From an uncultured Candidatus Saccharibacteria bacterium (GTDB taxonomy: Bacteria; Patescibacteriota; Saccharimonadia; Saccharimonadales; Saccharimonadaceae), in assembly GCA_964368785.1 (NCBI GenBank), contig CAYJCW010000003.1, positions 71,704-135,703 on the forward strand: 64,000 nucleotides of DNA, read 5' to 3'. Shown here one piece after another: positions 1 to 9,939 of this stretch. The notes beneath the pieces are model-generated. The model made no database searches, was not told the DNA's origin, and saw nothing but the letters and a program-made list of their open reading frames with translations. The first letter of the stretch is position 1, and each line of letters begins with the position of its first letter. A program made the translations under genes and the position numbers.

Positions 1-10
1 CGCGAAGTTA

Positions 11-39
11 TTGACATAAGCACGCTTATTTGATAGTAT
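11..39 (+). promoter_or_regulatory. sigma70-type promoter (TTGACA-17-TAGTAT, extended -10 TG)
   Basis: TTGACA at 11-16, TG at 31-32, TAGTAT at 34-39. Confidence 0.75.
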
Positions 40-45
40 TACGGT

Positions 46-97
46 ATAAGCCCTCGCACGGAGCAGGATGTTCCTACCGCGAGGACTTTCTTTTTTG
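46..97 (+). ncRNA. putative small hairpin RNA with U-tail (candidate RNA antitoxin)
   Basis: Starts 6 nt after -10; stems CCTCG/CGAGG, CGG/CCG and AGGA/TCCT, followed by a T-run; no ORF. Confidence 0.55.
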
Positions 98-136
98 TCA
101 TTCATATTTCTGACATCTGAGTAGCTTCATGTAAAC

Positions 137-166
137 AAAAAGCGGCACCATTACTGATGCCGCTTT
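137..166 (-). terminator. intrinsic terminator downstream of the 184-678 gene
   Basis: AAAGCGGCA (139-147) / TGCCGCTTT (158-166) stem with adjacent A/T run. Confidence 0.7.
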
Positions 167-183
167 CTGCTTTTGTCCGATCG

Positions 184-678
184 CTATCCTCCGATTCGTT
201 CTTTGACGTAGTCATGAAGTGATGTCTGTATTTCTTTAAACACAGCTCTTCCGTGACCACTGCCACCGATATGCCATCGCTTGATCTCTCGTATGTCGAA
301 TCCTTTCTCTCCACAATAGGCCTTGCCATCTTTGTAGTTGTAGATCGTTGCTATACCGTGTTCAGTTTCAACAATCCACTGTACATCCATCTTATTCTCA
401 GGCAGACGTGTGAATGGTTTGCCGTACACTGCCACGATATCTTCATAGCGTGCGAGGATGGAGCCGATTCCATGCGTACCGCTTATTACTTTCGCCATGT
501 CAGCATACTTTCGCTCATAGAGCCACTTTTTGTATGTACTGTAGTGCTCCATGATGTCCAAGATTACCTCACGGGAAAGATTGCTACACGCTTCGACTGC
601 TCGCACGTCGAACATATTCGTGACACCGCTGATGCGAACATCTTCGTATGCCTCGAAATCTTCTCGGGTTATGTCCAT
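184..678 (-). CDS. DUF5049-like N-terminal domain fused to an unknown domain, 164 aa
   Basis: SGVTNMFDV resembles the GxTNMFD motif of DUF5049 mobile-element proteins; AAGGAG RBS upstream. Confidence 0.6.
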   Translation of the reverse strand: MDITREDFEAYEDVRISGVTNMFDVRAVEACSNLSREVILDIMEHYSTYKKWLYERKYADMAKVISGTHGIGSILARYEDIVAVYGKPFTRLPENKMDVQWIVETEHGIATIYNYKDGKAYCGEKGFDIREIKRWHIGGSGHGRAVFKEIQTSLHDYVKERIGG

Positions 679-828
679 TGTTTATTACTCCTTTTCTAGA
701 GCATAGATAGCTCTCGTTTGTTAATAGTTCACCAATGCGAAGCGACAAATGTCGTCCGTAGAGGATGAGGCTATACTAATGAGGCTAAGAAGAAATGTGG
801 ATGAAAACGTCAATAATGTTTACAGCCG

Positions 829-859
829 AAAAGACAGCTCCGTATCTGGAGCTGTCTTT
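829..859 (-). terminator. intrinsic terminator after res
   Basis: AAAGACAGCTCC/GGAGCTGTCTTT 12-bp stem with 6-nt loop. Confidence 0.8.
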
Positions 860-883
860 GATTTTAGGCTATCTGCATGTGTA

Positions 884-3800
884 CTAGCTATTTACTGCCG
901 CGAGTAGATCGGCATAAGAACTTACTGCGCTATACTTCACTGTATCATCGCTAATCTTCTCAAAATGCCGCCTGGCACATTCGATCTTGGCTTTTTCGAC
1001 TTCACGAAGCTGCATCTCCATAGTATCGCCCTTTGTCTCCGCCACAAAGTAGATGTGTTTCACAGTACCTTCGCGGAACGTAATTGCCCAGTCGGGGTTA
1101 TATTTGCCCATCGGGGTGTTGATATAGAAGCCGCTTGGTAACTTGACATACAGCTCAACATTCTCAGCAATGTCCATCTCGCCAGCAAGATCACGCTCAA
1201 CACTCGAGTCGTAACGGACTTTATCAAAGAGGTGCTTCTTGGCATCAATCACGTTCCTGCCGTACTCACCGGAGATGGTTGGGTCGACAAAGATCTCCTC
1301 AGCATTCCACTCTTCGTCCAGCTTGTCATAGGTAATATGTTCAATGATCGTACTCGCTTTTTGCTCATCGATAAGTTTAATGGCTTCACGAATAAACTCT
1401 TCGGGGTTCACTCGAAACAGATTAAACACCACAGGCTCGATACGACCTAGGATTGTTGCCACTGTTCGCCTAGTTAGCTTCGTCATTGTGGCAATCTCGC
1501 CCACGAGGTCAAATGTCACGCCTCGTGATGCCACTTCTTCCAGTGTTACTTCACGCCCAAGAAGCTTTTTCATTTCTGGGCTGGTATCTTGTTTGGTAGA
1601 TTTTAGGTAGCCCTCGGTGATGACGACTTTGGTGGTTGCTACTCGTAGCTTCAAGTTCAGCGCCTTTATGCACGATTCTATCAGCTGCGATTCATCGAAC
1701 TGCACAGTATAGTAGGTTTTGGCGTTGATACGACTCCATAGCTCCTTAAACTCACGGCTGGCAAACTTCTCTTGGTCGAGGTTTAGCGTCGCTTTTGCGC
1801 GAGCATCGGACACCATCGGCTTCTTCTTCTTCTTCGGATCATAGACAGATTCTATCAGCAGCAGTGCGTTTTCAGCTTGTGTCGCTAGCTCGGGCGATAC
1901 AGCAGCGAGTACATCACCAATTTTCTCAGCACGAAGCTCTGGCGACCATTCGCTAAAGTCGTCGCTAATCTGGTCACCAGCCACGATACCACTACCGACA
2001 AGTCCAGCATAAATCAACGCAGCCTTGCTGATATCCAGCGCCACTTCTTCGCCAGCGTTATTCGTCCACACCTGCCCATTAAACAAATCTGGCGTAATCG
2101 CTTTCGGGCGATTCTTTATCACCTCGTAGAACTCATCCTGCAACGCCTTGGCAAATTCGTCGTAGCTTTCATTGGCAATCACCGTTAGTGCGTTTACTTC
2201 ATGCACGCCATGCGCGCCCAGCACATCAGCATCCATGCGCTCACCGTCACGATTCACGCTTAGTCGCAGTCCTCGGCCAATCTCTTGGCGCTTCTTGATG
2301 TCACCACTACTCATACGCAGCGTGCATATTTGGAATACATTCGGATTATCCCAACCTTCACGCAGTGCCGAGTGGCTAAAGACAAACCGCACCGGCTCTT
2401 CATGGCTCAGTAGTCGCTCCTTGTTCTTCATGATCAAGTCGTACGCGCCAGCATCAGACGATTCCGATTCGCCACGCTTTACTTCACTGTTTACCGCACG
2501 ACCTTTTTTATCTACCGAAAAGTACCCTGCATGAATACGATGCGCCTCATCACGTTGCAGGAACGTGCGGTATTCTTCGTCTTCACCGAATGGTAGCTGC
2601 TCAAAGAATCGGTCGAGTGCATTAGTATACTCTTCCTCAAACACCTTTGCATAGATGCCTTTTTGGTCATCGCTCTCGTAGTCTTTATACTTCGCCACTT
2701 CGTCGATAAAGAAGAGAGACAGCACCTTGATGCCTTTTTTGTATAGTTCACGTTCTTTTTCGAGGTGGCTCATAATTGTCTCGCGAATTTGAATGCGACG
2801 AATATCGCTCTCACTGGTATCACCAACCACTTCGCCAGGAGCAAGGCGCAAACCACCCGTAAACTCCACGTAGCCATCCCGTGCGTTAATATCGGAAATC
2901 ACGAAGCCATCACGGTACGCCTCGATCTCGCCAGAATGGTCATAGATATTATCGCCATGGGCAAATGTCTTGACTTTCTTGCTTATGCCGCTGCTGGTCG
3001 CAGTATTGTGCTCAAATACCACCGTTGCCGACGGGCTTTTGTTGGGATACACATTGATACGCTGTAGGTATAGGTAGCCGTTGGTTGCTGTTGTGCCGTG
3101 TATCGCGATGCCTTTGACGGTAATCTTTTTGACCAACTGACGCTGGTAGGCGTCGACAGCATCCAGTCGATACACCATGTTGAAGTTTTCTCGGTGCGTC
3201 GCAGAGTAGTTGACGTAAAATAGTGGATTAAACTTGCCGAGGCTGTCGCGCGTTACATTCTTACCACCAGTGACACCAATGACACTTTGTGGCTCGTCCA
3301 CAATCACGATAGGGTTCACAGCAGCAATCACGTCGATAGGGCGACGAGAGCGGAAGCTGTCGAGTTTCATATAGATACGCCGTGCGTCCTTGCCGCTGGC
3401 GTTAAACGCCTGCGTGTTGATAATCATGACGTTAATGCCAGGGTCATCGGCAAATTGCTCCAACTCGTTCAGTCGAGAGGAGTTGTAAACGAAGAATCGA
3501 CACGCCTTGCCGTATTCCTCGCGGAAATGATCGGCAGTCACCTGAAAGGTTTTTGCTACACCTTCGCGAATCGCCACACTCGGGACCACGATAATAAACT
3601 TACTCCAGCCATATCGAGCGTTCATCTCATACATCGTCTTGATATAGGTATAGGTTTTACCTGTACCTGTTTCCATCTCTACCGTAAATACCGGCTTTTC
3701 GACAGTTTGCTTGCTACCGTCGTCCCAGACTACTTTACTCGTCATCGTCTCGAGCCTGCTTGCTACAGGGGCAATGCCGTATTGTTTTTGCACAGCACGT

Positions 3801-4012
3801 AGGTTCTTTAGCAAATCTTCGGGACGCAAATGCACCTCTGGGTTTGCCCAGCCAGTTCGGGTCATGTCTATGGCAGTTGTCTGGTTGCTATTAGCAACAG
3901 CACCTTGATCTACAAGGAACTTGCGCGTCTCATTCGGCTGCCCCATAAACACATCGCACACTGCATTGGTAGCGTCTTCTTGGAACTTTTGATGTTTAAA
4001 ACGCAGTTTCAT
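884..4012 (-). CDS. res: Type III restriction enzyme, Res subunit
   Basis: VEMETGTGKT (motif I), IVDEPQS, SALREGWDNPNVFQIC, QEIGRGLRL; C-terminal YNPDWAI...VAETKG PD-(D/E)xK nuclease. Confidence 0.93.
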   Translation of the reverse strand: MKLRFKHQKFQEDATNAVCDVFMGQPNETRKFLVDQGAVANSNQTTAIDMTRTGWANPEVHLRPEDLLKNLRAVQKQYGIAPVASRLETMTSKVVWDDGSKQTVEKPVFTVEMETGTGKTYTYIKTMYEMNARYGWSKFIIVVPSVAIREGVAKTFQVTADHFREEYGKACRFFVYNSSRLNELEQFADDPGINVMIINTQAFNASGKDARRIYMKLDSFRSRRPIDVIAAVNPIVIVDEPQSVIGVTGGKNVTRDSLGKFNPLFYVNYSATHRENFNMVYRLDAVDAYQRQLVKKITVKGIAIHGTTATNGYLYLQRINVYPNKSPSATVVFEHNTATSSGISKKVKTFAHGDNIYDHSGEIEAYRDGFVISDINARDGYVEFTGGLRLAPGEVVGDTSESDIRRIQIRETIMSHLEKERELYKKGIKVLSLFFIDEVAKYKDYESDDQKGIYAKVFEEEYTNALDRFFEQLPFGEDEEYRTFLQRDEAHRIHAGYFSVDKKGRAVNSEVKRGESESSDAGAYDLIMKNKERLLSHEEPVRFVFSHSALREGWDNPNVFQICTLRMSSGDIKKRQEIGRGLRLSVNRDGERMDADVLGAHGVHEVNALTVIANESYDEFAKALQDEFYEVIKNRPKAITPDLFNGQVWTNNAGEEVALDISKAALIYAGLVGSGIVAGDQISDDFSEWSPELRAEKIGDVLAAVSPELATQAENALLLIESVYDPKKKKKPMVSDARAKATLNLDQEKFASREFKELWSRINAKTYYTVQFDESQLIESCIKALNLKLRVATTKVVITEGYLKSTKQDTSPEMKKLLGREVTLEEVASRGVTFDLVGEIATMTKLTRRTVATILGRIEPVVFNLFRVNPEEFIREAIKLIDEQKASTIIEHITYDKLDEEWNAEEIFVDPTISGEYGRNVIDAKKHLFDKVRYDSSVERDLAGEMDIAENVELYVKLPSGFYINTPMGKYNPDWAITFREGTVKHIYFVAETKGDTMEMQLREVEKAKIECARRHFEKISDDTVKYSAVSSYADLLAAVNS

Positions 4013-4016
4013 CTAG

Positions 4017-5915
4017 CTACACTACCTTCACCTTCGTATCAGGGCTAATGATGCGGAAATGCTCAGCGAGGTTGACCTTGGCTTGACTATCAGGGAATGA
4101 GGCTTCGCGGAATACGGCAGTTAGTGGGCGCATGGCGGCAATTGACTTGATGGTCGCTTCACTAATTTCGGGAGCAAAGCACGCCACGAGTCCCGACACT
4201 TCACCAAAGTAGTCGTATTTGTATACAACCCGGCCATCTAGCTGTACTGTTTCGAGTGGGCGATTGAGTTCAAGCGCAGACTGGGTTAATACGCCGAACA
4301 GGAGGTCGAGATCGCTACGATCTTCACGCACGTTATCTACCAAACTATCGAGCATCGATTGCTGCACGTCGGCAGCTGGGCGATAGACATCTTTGTGGTT
4401 GGTGTCGTCGATACGCAGGGCGCGGAAGCCATAGTCAACTTTGGCATCGGGGTGTTCGCTGGCAATCTTGTCGCCAGCCCGACGGATGCGCTCACGAGAG
4501 ATTTCGGGGATGGTTTTGTAGCCAGCTTTGAATGCTTCTGACTTTTCGTCGGTTTCTTCGGGCAGCTGCACCATGATCCATTTGCGGTTGCCGCCGTCTT
4601 CAACATTGAGTTGCATGACAGCGTGGGCGGTGGTGGCGGAGCCGGAGAAGAAGTCGAGCGTGATATAGTTATCTGTATCGAGCATTCTCATCATCTTAGA
4701 AATCATCTCGACCGGCTTCGGGAAGTCAAAAAGCTCAGAATTACCGAACAAATTCTTGGCTACAGTGCGTGCATTTTGATAATTTAGCTCTTTCTCATCC
4801 CAAACACTTTTAACCTTGGATAGTTTCTGAGTTCCATCAGTACTTTCTAGAGGGTCTATTCTGTATACATCGTATTCTTTCTTGCCATCTCTGGTGATTT
4901 CTTTTGCCACAAGCTCAGTGATTCGAGCGGACGATGTATCTTTACCCCAAGTCCATCGGCTTTCTTCTCCAGTTGGTCGCTTAGGTAGGACTTCAATCGT
5001 ATGGCTTTCGTCTTGCTCGATACTAACAGATAAATCTAATGGATTCACAAAAAATGAGAAATACATGTTCGGCCTATCTGAACGCTTCCAGTCACCGCCT
5101 CGTTTTCTCAACCCAAGCAATCTAGCTTTTCTACCGTCTGCTGTCGTATAATTGAACTCTGATTCGTCCTCTCGAGCAAGTCCGTTTAAGGACATCACAC
5201 CTTCCGCAGTCCTTGTGTAGCATAAAACATATTCGTGAACGCTTGATATGCCATAAGGTTCCTGCGAGCCACGAGGATTACTTATCGGAATAATTTGTCC
5301 TACATAATTAGATTCACTAAATACTTCGTCACATAGCTTCTTGAGATTTGCTTGCTCATCTTCTCCGATACTGATAAATATCACGCCATCTTCACTCAAA
5401 AGGTTCCGCGCTAGCTTGAGCCGTGGGTACATCATGCTTAGCCAGTCGCTGTGGTAGCGGCCGTTGCTTTTTTCGTTCTTTTTGAACTGAATATTGCCGT
5501 CTTCGTCACGGTAGTCGGTGTCGTCGTCGTACTGTTCGGTCGTCGCCTTGAAGTTGTCGTGGTACACAAAGTCTTTGCCGGTGTTGTATGGCGGGTCGAT
5601 GTAAATCATCTTGACCTTGCCGAGGTAGCTTTCTTGCAAAAGCTTGAGTGCGTCGAGGTTGTCGCCTTCGATAAAGAGGTTTTCGGTGGTATCCCAACTT
5701 TTGCTAGCATCGACATCAGGACGGAGGGTTTTGTTGATCGGTGCGCCAGCTTCGATGATGCTTTTGCGTTTGCCGACCCAAGTGAAGTCATACGCCTCAT
5801 CGTGGTCGTCGAGCTTATCTAGCGCCTCACCGAGACTCTCGAAGAATTCACGGCTTCCACGCCAGTCTACTTTGTCTAAATCTACCCGTTCTATGCCACT
5901 GCCGTCGCTCATCAA
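4017..5915 (-). CDS. mod: Type III R-M N6-adenine methyltransferase, Mod subunit
   Basis: FIEGDNLDALKLL, IYIDPPYNTG, DFFSGSATTAHAV; directly upstream of res. Confidence 0.93.
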   Translation of the reverse strand: MMSDGSGIERVDLDKVDWRGSREFFESLGEALDKLDDHDEAYDFTWVGKRKSIIEAGAPINKTLRPDVDASKSWDTTENLFIEGDNLDALKLLQESYLGKVKMIYIDPPYNTGKDFVYHDNFKATTEQYDDDTDYRDEDGNIQFKKNEKSNGRYHSDWLSMMYPRLKLARNLLSEDGVIFISIGEDEQANLKKLCDEVFSESNYVGQIIPISNPRGSQEPYGISSVHEYVLCYTRTAEGVMSLNGLAREDESEFNYTTADGRKARLLGLRKRGGDWKRSDRPNMYFSFFVNPLDLSVSIEQDESHTIEVLPKRPTGEESRWTWGKDTSSARITELVAKEITRDGKKEYDVYRIDPLESTDGTQKLSKVKSVWDEKELNYQNARTVAKNLFGNSELFDFPKPVEMISKMMRMLDTDNYITLDFFSGSATTAHAVMQLNVEDGGNRKWIMVQLPEETDEKSEAFKAGYKTIPEISRERIRRAGDKIASEHPDAKVDYGFRALRIDDTNHKDVYRPAADVQQSMLDSLVDNVREDRSDLDLLFGVLTQSALELNRPLETVQLDGRVVYKYDYFGEVSGLVACFAPEISEATIKSIAAMRPLTAVFREASFPDSQAKVNLAEHFRIISPDTKVKVV

Positions 5916-5975
5916 TTATCCCCTCACTTCTATTCACATTTTATGATGTAATCTGTGGCTATTATACCATGCAGC

Positions 5976-8900
5976 TTACGATTCTTCCTCTGTATACAGT
6001 GCGTTAAAGTTGGCCCAGTACGACTTTTCTGCATTGCTCTGTCGTCCATTTGCGAAAGCCGGAAGCGCATTGAAGATATCCTGCTTAGCTTGTGTATTGC
6101 TCCAGCTTTGCATCCTAGATAGCAGGTCGTCAAAATCCTTACGGTGATGACGATAATTAGGCTGAGCCGTTTGGAATGAATTGACAACAATCTGTATCAT
6201 CTGGGCATCCTGTGTCTCTGTAAGCAAACTAAACAGGAGATAGATATAGTCATTCTTCGGAGTGTCCTGAAATAGTGGGTAATAGTCGTTAATTACCTGG
6301 AAGGCAATACGATGCGCGGATGAGATAGATCGGCCAGGTTCTCTCAGCCACGCCAGTAGCTCAGTTGCTATGCGACGCCTGTCAGTATCTTCTAGGAACT
6401 GTAACTGAACGAGGAAGTTATAGCTAATGTCAGACTGCTCAGGATCGCCACTCATAATAAGAGACTTGATTTGCTCGAGTGCAGTCTTTAATTCTGCCGT
6501 ATCCGACTTAAGTAGTCTTGATGCAATGAAATCAAAGTACTTCGATTTAAATGTATAGCTGTTCGCTCCAGCTTTGTCGAGCAACTTGGCAAGCGTCTCC
6601 TTGCGAGCAGGCACCTTACTGAGAGTAGCTATGAAGTCAATGTCAAAATAATTATTTACTGGCACCCGAGATATCAGGTCATCAATGATAGCCTTCTTCT
6701 CTTCATCTGCGGCATTGTCATAAATATAGCGCAGAACAGTCGCGGACACAGAAAGCTGCGGTAGCACCGTCGGAAGTATAAGCCTGATAAATCGTTCTCT
6801 CGTAGGCTCATTCCAATAGTCAAGCGGTCGCTGAATCTGCGAGAGATCTGTAAAACTTTGGAAATACGACTTTATACTATCACGAACTGCCTGCTTGTCG
6901 GTCTCGTTTACATATTGGCGAATCCAATAGAGTGCTACTATTTGATCTGAGCGCTCCTCCCATTGTGAGGTGTACGGAATGGATTTAATAATATCGTTTG
7001 CTATCTCCGTTAGGGGTGCAGCTGCGCTCTTCATATCATTTGAAAAAGTTTTAGTAAGTGGCGTAATCGCTTCAACTATCTTTATTTTATTGTCACCATA
7101 TCTCGATGATGTAGCAGTATCCTGCTTGAGTAGTTCCGATATTCTGGAAACGATATCGATAACGAGACCGTGGTCTGAAACATATTCTTTGAAGGCTGCC
7201 ATGGTAGCAAGCTTTGTAGCAAGATTGTCAAAGTCAAACGATTTTATATAATCAGTAACCAGCTTCTCGGTAATGAAAGACTCCTGGCTCTTGTTGGTTG
7301 TGAATATCGCAAGCGTCTCTTCGTCCAATCCATACTTAGTCTCAAGGATTGAGCGGATATTCGTCATTTGCTGCTTGTTTAATACCGAGGGATTATCTTT
7401 GAAATTAGCAATAACACCACGCCTCAGAGTTGTAATAGTATTGCCAGTGTCTAGTGCTGAGATATACCGTTCGACAATATTACTCCTAAGCGAGCGATTG
7501 AGGTTTTTATTTGCTAATAGGCTAAATATATGGTCGAGCGTAAAGCCCTCATATTTCTGCCACAGTTCTGTATCGATTGTTTTTGCGACTTCGTTGACGT
7601 ACCGCCTACTGCTGATGTTGATACCGAGGCTGGCAATCACCTCAAGTTGCGTGTTTACGACATTGATTAAGATATTTTCTTGACCCGTATATTTCATCAC
7701 CAAGTCTGTCATAAACTCGACAAGCTTATCATGAGCCTCATTGTTCGCGGCTTCAATAGCCTCCGTGACATTTGCGGCAACGAACGCATTCTTTATATCG
7801 TTCGCGTTACTCAAGCCTCGCGAATCAGCTGGGTCTTTGAAATAAATGAAAGGCTCCGCATCATCAACAGTAATACGGCTTGTCTTCCGCATGAAATTCG
7901 TGAAGTCAGTAGCCCCACCAGTCTCACTGCCACCATTAGTAATATTTTCTGGACTGTGCCACGTCTCTTTGAGAGATTCGTATGCCTTAGGGAACTTCTG
8001 CCGGATGATAAGTACCTTTGCAAGATATGCTATGTTGCTATTTATAATATCCTTTACACCCGTGCCTTGGGTACTGATGACCATGGCTATAAGGTTATTT
8101 ATAAACTGAATTATCTCACGTGGATTTCTGGAAAAGGCAGCATTGATGACAAGAATGACATCTTCGTCATTGAGCTGCTTGCCAATCTCGCCAGTTTCCT
8201 TAAGTAAGGACTTAGTGTATTCCTCAAGGTCAGTATTGATGAAGTCTGGTATCCAGATAATGAGATTAAATATCTTCCTTAGATATTCTGCGGCACCGAA
8301 AGAATCGTCTTGGTCGTGACGCACTCCGTAAAAGTATTTTTCGACCTGAACCTCGATTGCGGTCGGATCACAAGGAACCAAGAATACGATATCACCGCTA
8401 CTACCGCTGTACATAAATGTCTTGATTGTAGAGAGCATGGTTATCGCAACGTCACCCTGTACACGATCTATATTGTCAAAGACAATAACAAGCTTCTTGT
8501 CTACGCGGCTAAGTATGTCGATAAATTTCTGCTCAAACTGCTCGGGGGAGTTTAACCGATCTTCTTGGCTAATCTCGGTTACAAGTTCTATACGTTGCTC
8601 TTGCTTGGCGAAGAAAGACTCGGTCACTATTTTTAGGACACTTTCCAGTATCGGCTTACCGAATGCTCCAAGGAAGGCAATACTCGTCACGATAGTAGTC
8701 AGCTGGAGTATAAACTGCGACGCAACATTATTAGGATAAAAAGTTACTAAAACGGATGCGCCAATAAGCAACAGGACAGTCACTATAAGTGGTAGATACT
8801 TCTTTAGATATGACAGTACCTTTGCTTTAGTTGTGAGTTCAGTGGTAGATTTTTCCTTCTTGGCTACCGACACGGTTTTAGAAGAATACAAGTTAACTAA

Positions 8901-9233
8901 AATGTCATCTGGTAGGTCGTATTTTTGACTTCGTAGATATTCAACAAGTTTGATAAGAAATGTCCGACGCAGCGTGTCTTCCTGGTACTTCCACGCGTCA
9001 AATATAAAAACAGGCATATCGAGATCGGGGTCGTTCTGCACCATTTCGACAACCGTGCTTTTACCCGTACCCCATGCGCCGAACAAACCGATAGTATGAG
9101 GTGATGTGCTATCTTTTAAGATCTTCTTCAAAGCTGGTGCAATCGTAGCGTGGTAGAAGCCCTCATAACTAACCTCGGACTTTTTCCGAGGCTCATCTTT
9201 CAAAAAGATAAACTCAGGTGGTTTCTTTTTCAT
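5976..9233 (-). CDS. KAP-family P-loop NTPase with two TM helices and a long helical C-terminus, 1085 aa
   Basis: TIGLFGAWGTGKS Walker A, FDAWKY, two hydrophobic helices, LVIVFDNIDR Walker B, YLRKIF and NPREI motifs. Confidence 0.85.
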   Translation of the reverse strand: MKKKPPEFIFLKDEPRKKSEVSYEGFYHATIAPALKKILKDSTSPHTIGLFGAWGTGKSTVVEMVQNDPDLDMPVFIFDAWKYQEDTLRRTFLIKLVEYLRSQKYDLPDDILVNLYSSKTVSVAKKEKSTTELTTKAKVLSYLKKYLPLIVTVLLLIGASVLVTFYPNNVASQFILQLTTIVTSIAFLGAFGKPILESVLKIVTESFFAKQEQRIELVTEISQEDRLNSPEQFEQKFIDILSRVDKKLVIVFDNIDRVQGDVAITMLSTIKTFMYSGSSGDIVFLVPCDPTAIEVQVEKYFYGVRHDQDDSFGAAEYLRKIFNLIIWIPDFINTDLEEYTKSLLKETGEIGKQLNDEDVILVINAAFSRNPREIIQFINNLIAMVISTQGTGVKDIINSNIAYLAKVLIIRQKFPKAYESLKETWHSPENITNGGSETGGATDFTNFMRKTSRITVDDAEPFIYFKDPADSRGLSNANDIKNAFVAANVTEAIEAANNEAHDKLVEFMTDLVMKYTGQENILINVVNTQLEVIASLGINISSRRYVNEVAKTIDTELWQKYEGFTLDHIFSLLANKNLNRSLRSNIVERYISALDTGNTITTLRRGVIANFKDNPSVLNKQQMTNIRSILETKYGLDEETLAIFTTNKSQESFITEKLVTDYIKSFDFDNLATKLATMAAFKEYVSDHGLVIDIVSRISELLKQDTATSSRYGDNKIKIVEAITPLTKTFSNDMKSAAAPLTEIANDIIKSIPYTSQWEERSDQIVALYWIRQYVNETDKQAVRDSIKSYFQSFTDLSQIQRPLDYWNEPTRERFIRLILPTVLPQLSVSATVLRYIYDNAADEEKKAIIDDLISRVPVNNYFDIDFIATLSKVPARKETLAKLLDKAGANSYTFKSKYFDFIASRLLKSDTAELKTALEQIKSLIMSGDPEQSDISYNFLVQLQFLEDTDRRRIATELLAWLREPGRSISSAHRIAFQVINDYYPLFQDTPKNDYIYLLFSLLTETQDAQMIQIVVNSFQTAQPNYRHHRKDFDDLLSRMQSWSNTQAKQDIFNALPAFANGRQSNAEKSYWANFNALYTEEES

Positions 9234-9294
9234 AATTTCCCTCGAACCAACCCACCCGTTGATACGCTAAATCTCATTATAGCAAGAAATACAA

Positions 9295-9939
9295 CTATTT
9301 CAGCAGTTTCTCAAGAGTGTACCGCTCTCGTGCCAGCTCCTGTTTTCTCGCCACACTCGGTTCGGCTGCAATCTTCTTATTAATATTTTCGATTTGCTTT
9401 TGAATCTTTTCTCGTTGCTTGGTGTCCTGTACCGCTTCGGCAATCGGTTTGGTAGGGTTAAAAGTTGGGGCGATCTGCTGTAAGAAGCTGACGTAGATAC
9501 CCTTGACAGATCTGCCCGATAGGGTGAGAGCGGGTGTGCTCCACGACGTTTCATAATACTGGATGATTTTACTTTTCTGAGCGTCTTTATAGCTAGGTTC
9601 TTTGTATGATATGGCGTACTTCGTCTCGCGATTCGAACGGACGATGCCGAACAGGATTGGTCGGGGAATAATACTATCGATCGTTTCGAGGACTTTTTTA
9701 CTTAGCTCTCTGCCTTTGAGTGATATTTCAATAACGTCCAGCTCGTCGTATGTGCCGCCCGATATATTCATAGTTCGCGGTGCAATCACCGCACGGAGTG
9801 TGACTTTTTCTATCTCATCGACAAAGAGCTGTCGCAAGCTATAGTCAACCGCACCAACCTTGTAGAACTTCTCCTTAGGGATGCTCACGTTCGTCAAAGC
9901 GGAGTCAGGGAGGTTAACTATGTTCACTATGGTCACCAT
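9295..9939 (-). CDS. DUF4391-family protein
   Basis: Size about 214 aa, IPKEKFY-like N-terminus, coiled-coil C-terminus (IENINKKIAAEPSVARKQEL); typical position between SNF2 helicase and mod. Confidence 0.75.
   Translation of the reverse strand: MVTIVNIVNLPDSALTNVSIPKEKFYKVGAVDYSLRQLFVDEIEKVTLRAVIAPRTMNISGGTYDELDVIEISLKGRELSKKVLETIDSIIPRPILFGIVRSNRETKYAISYKEPSYKDAQKSKIIQYYETSWSTPALTLSGRSVKGIYVSFLQQIAPTFNPTKPIAEAVQDTKQREKIQKQIENINKKIAAEPSVARKQELARERYTLEKLLK

Noticed and set aside
1820-1837. (TTC)n run in res as a phase-variation tract
   Set aside because: Short in-frame trinucleotide run encoding poly-Lys; no SSR was seen in mod either
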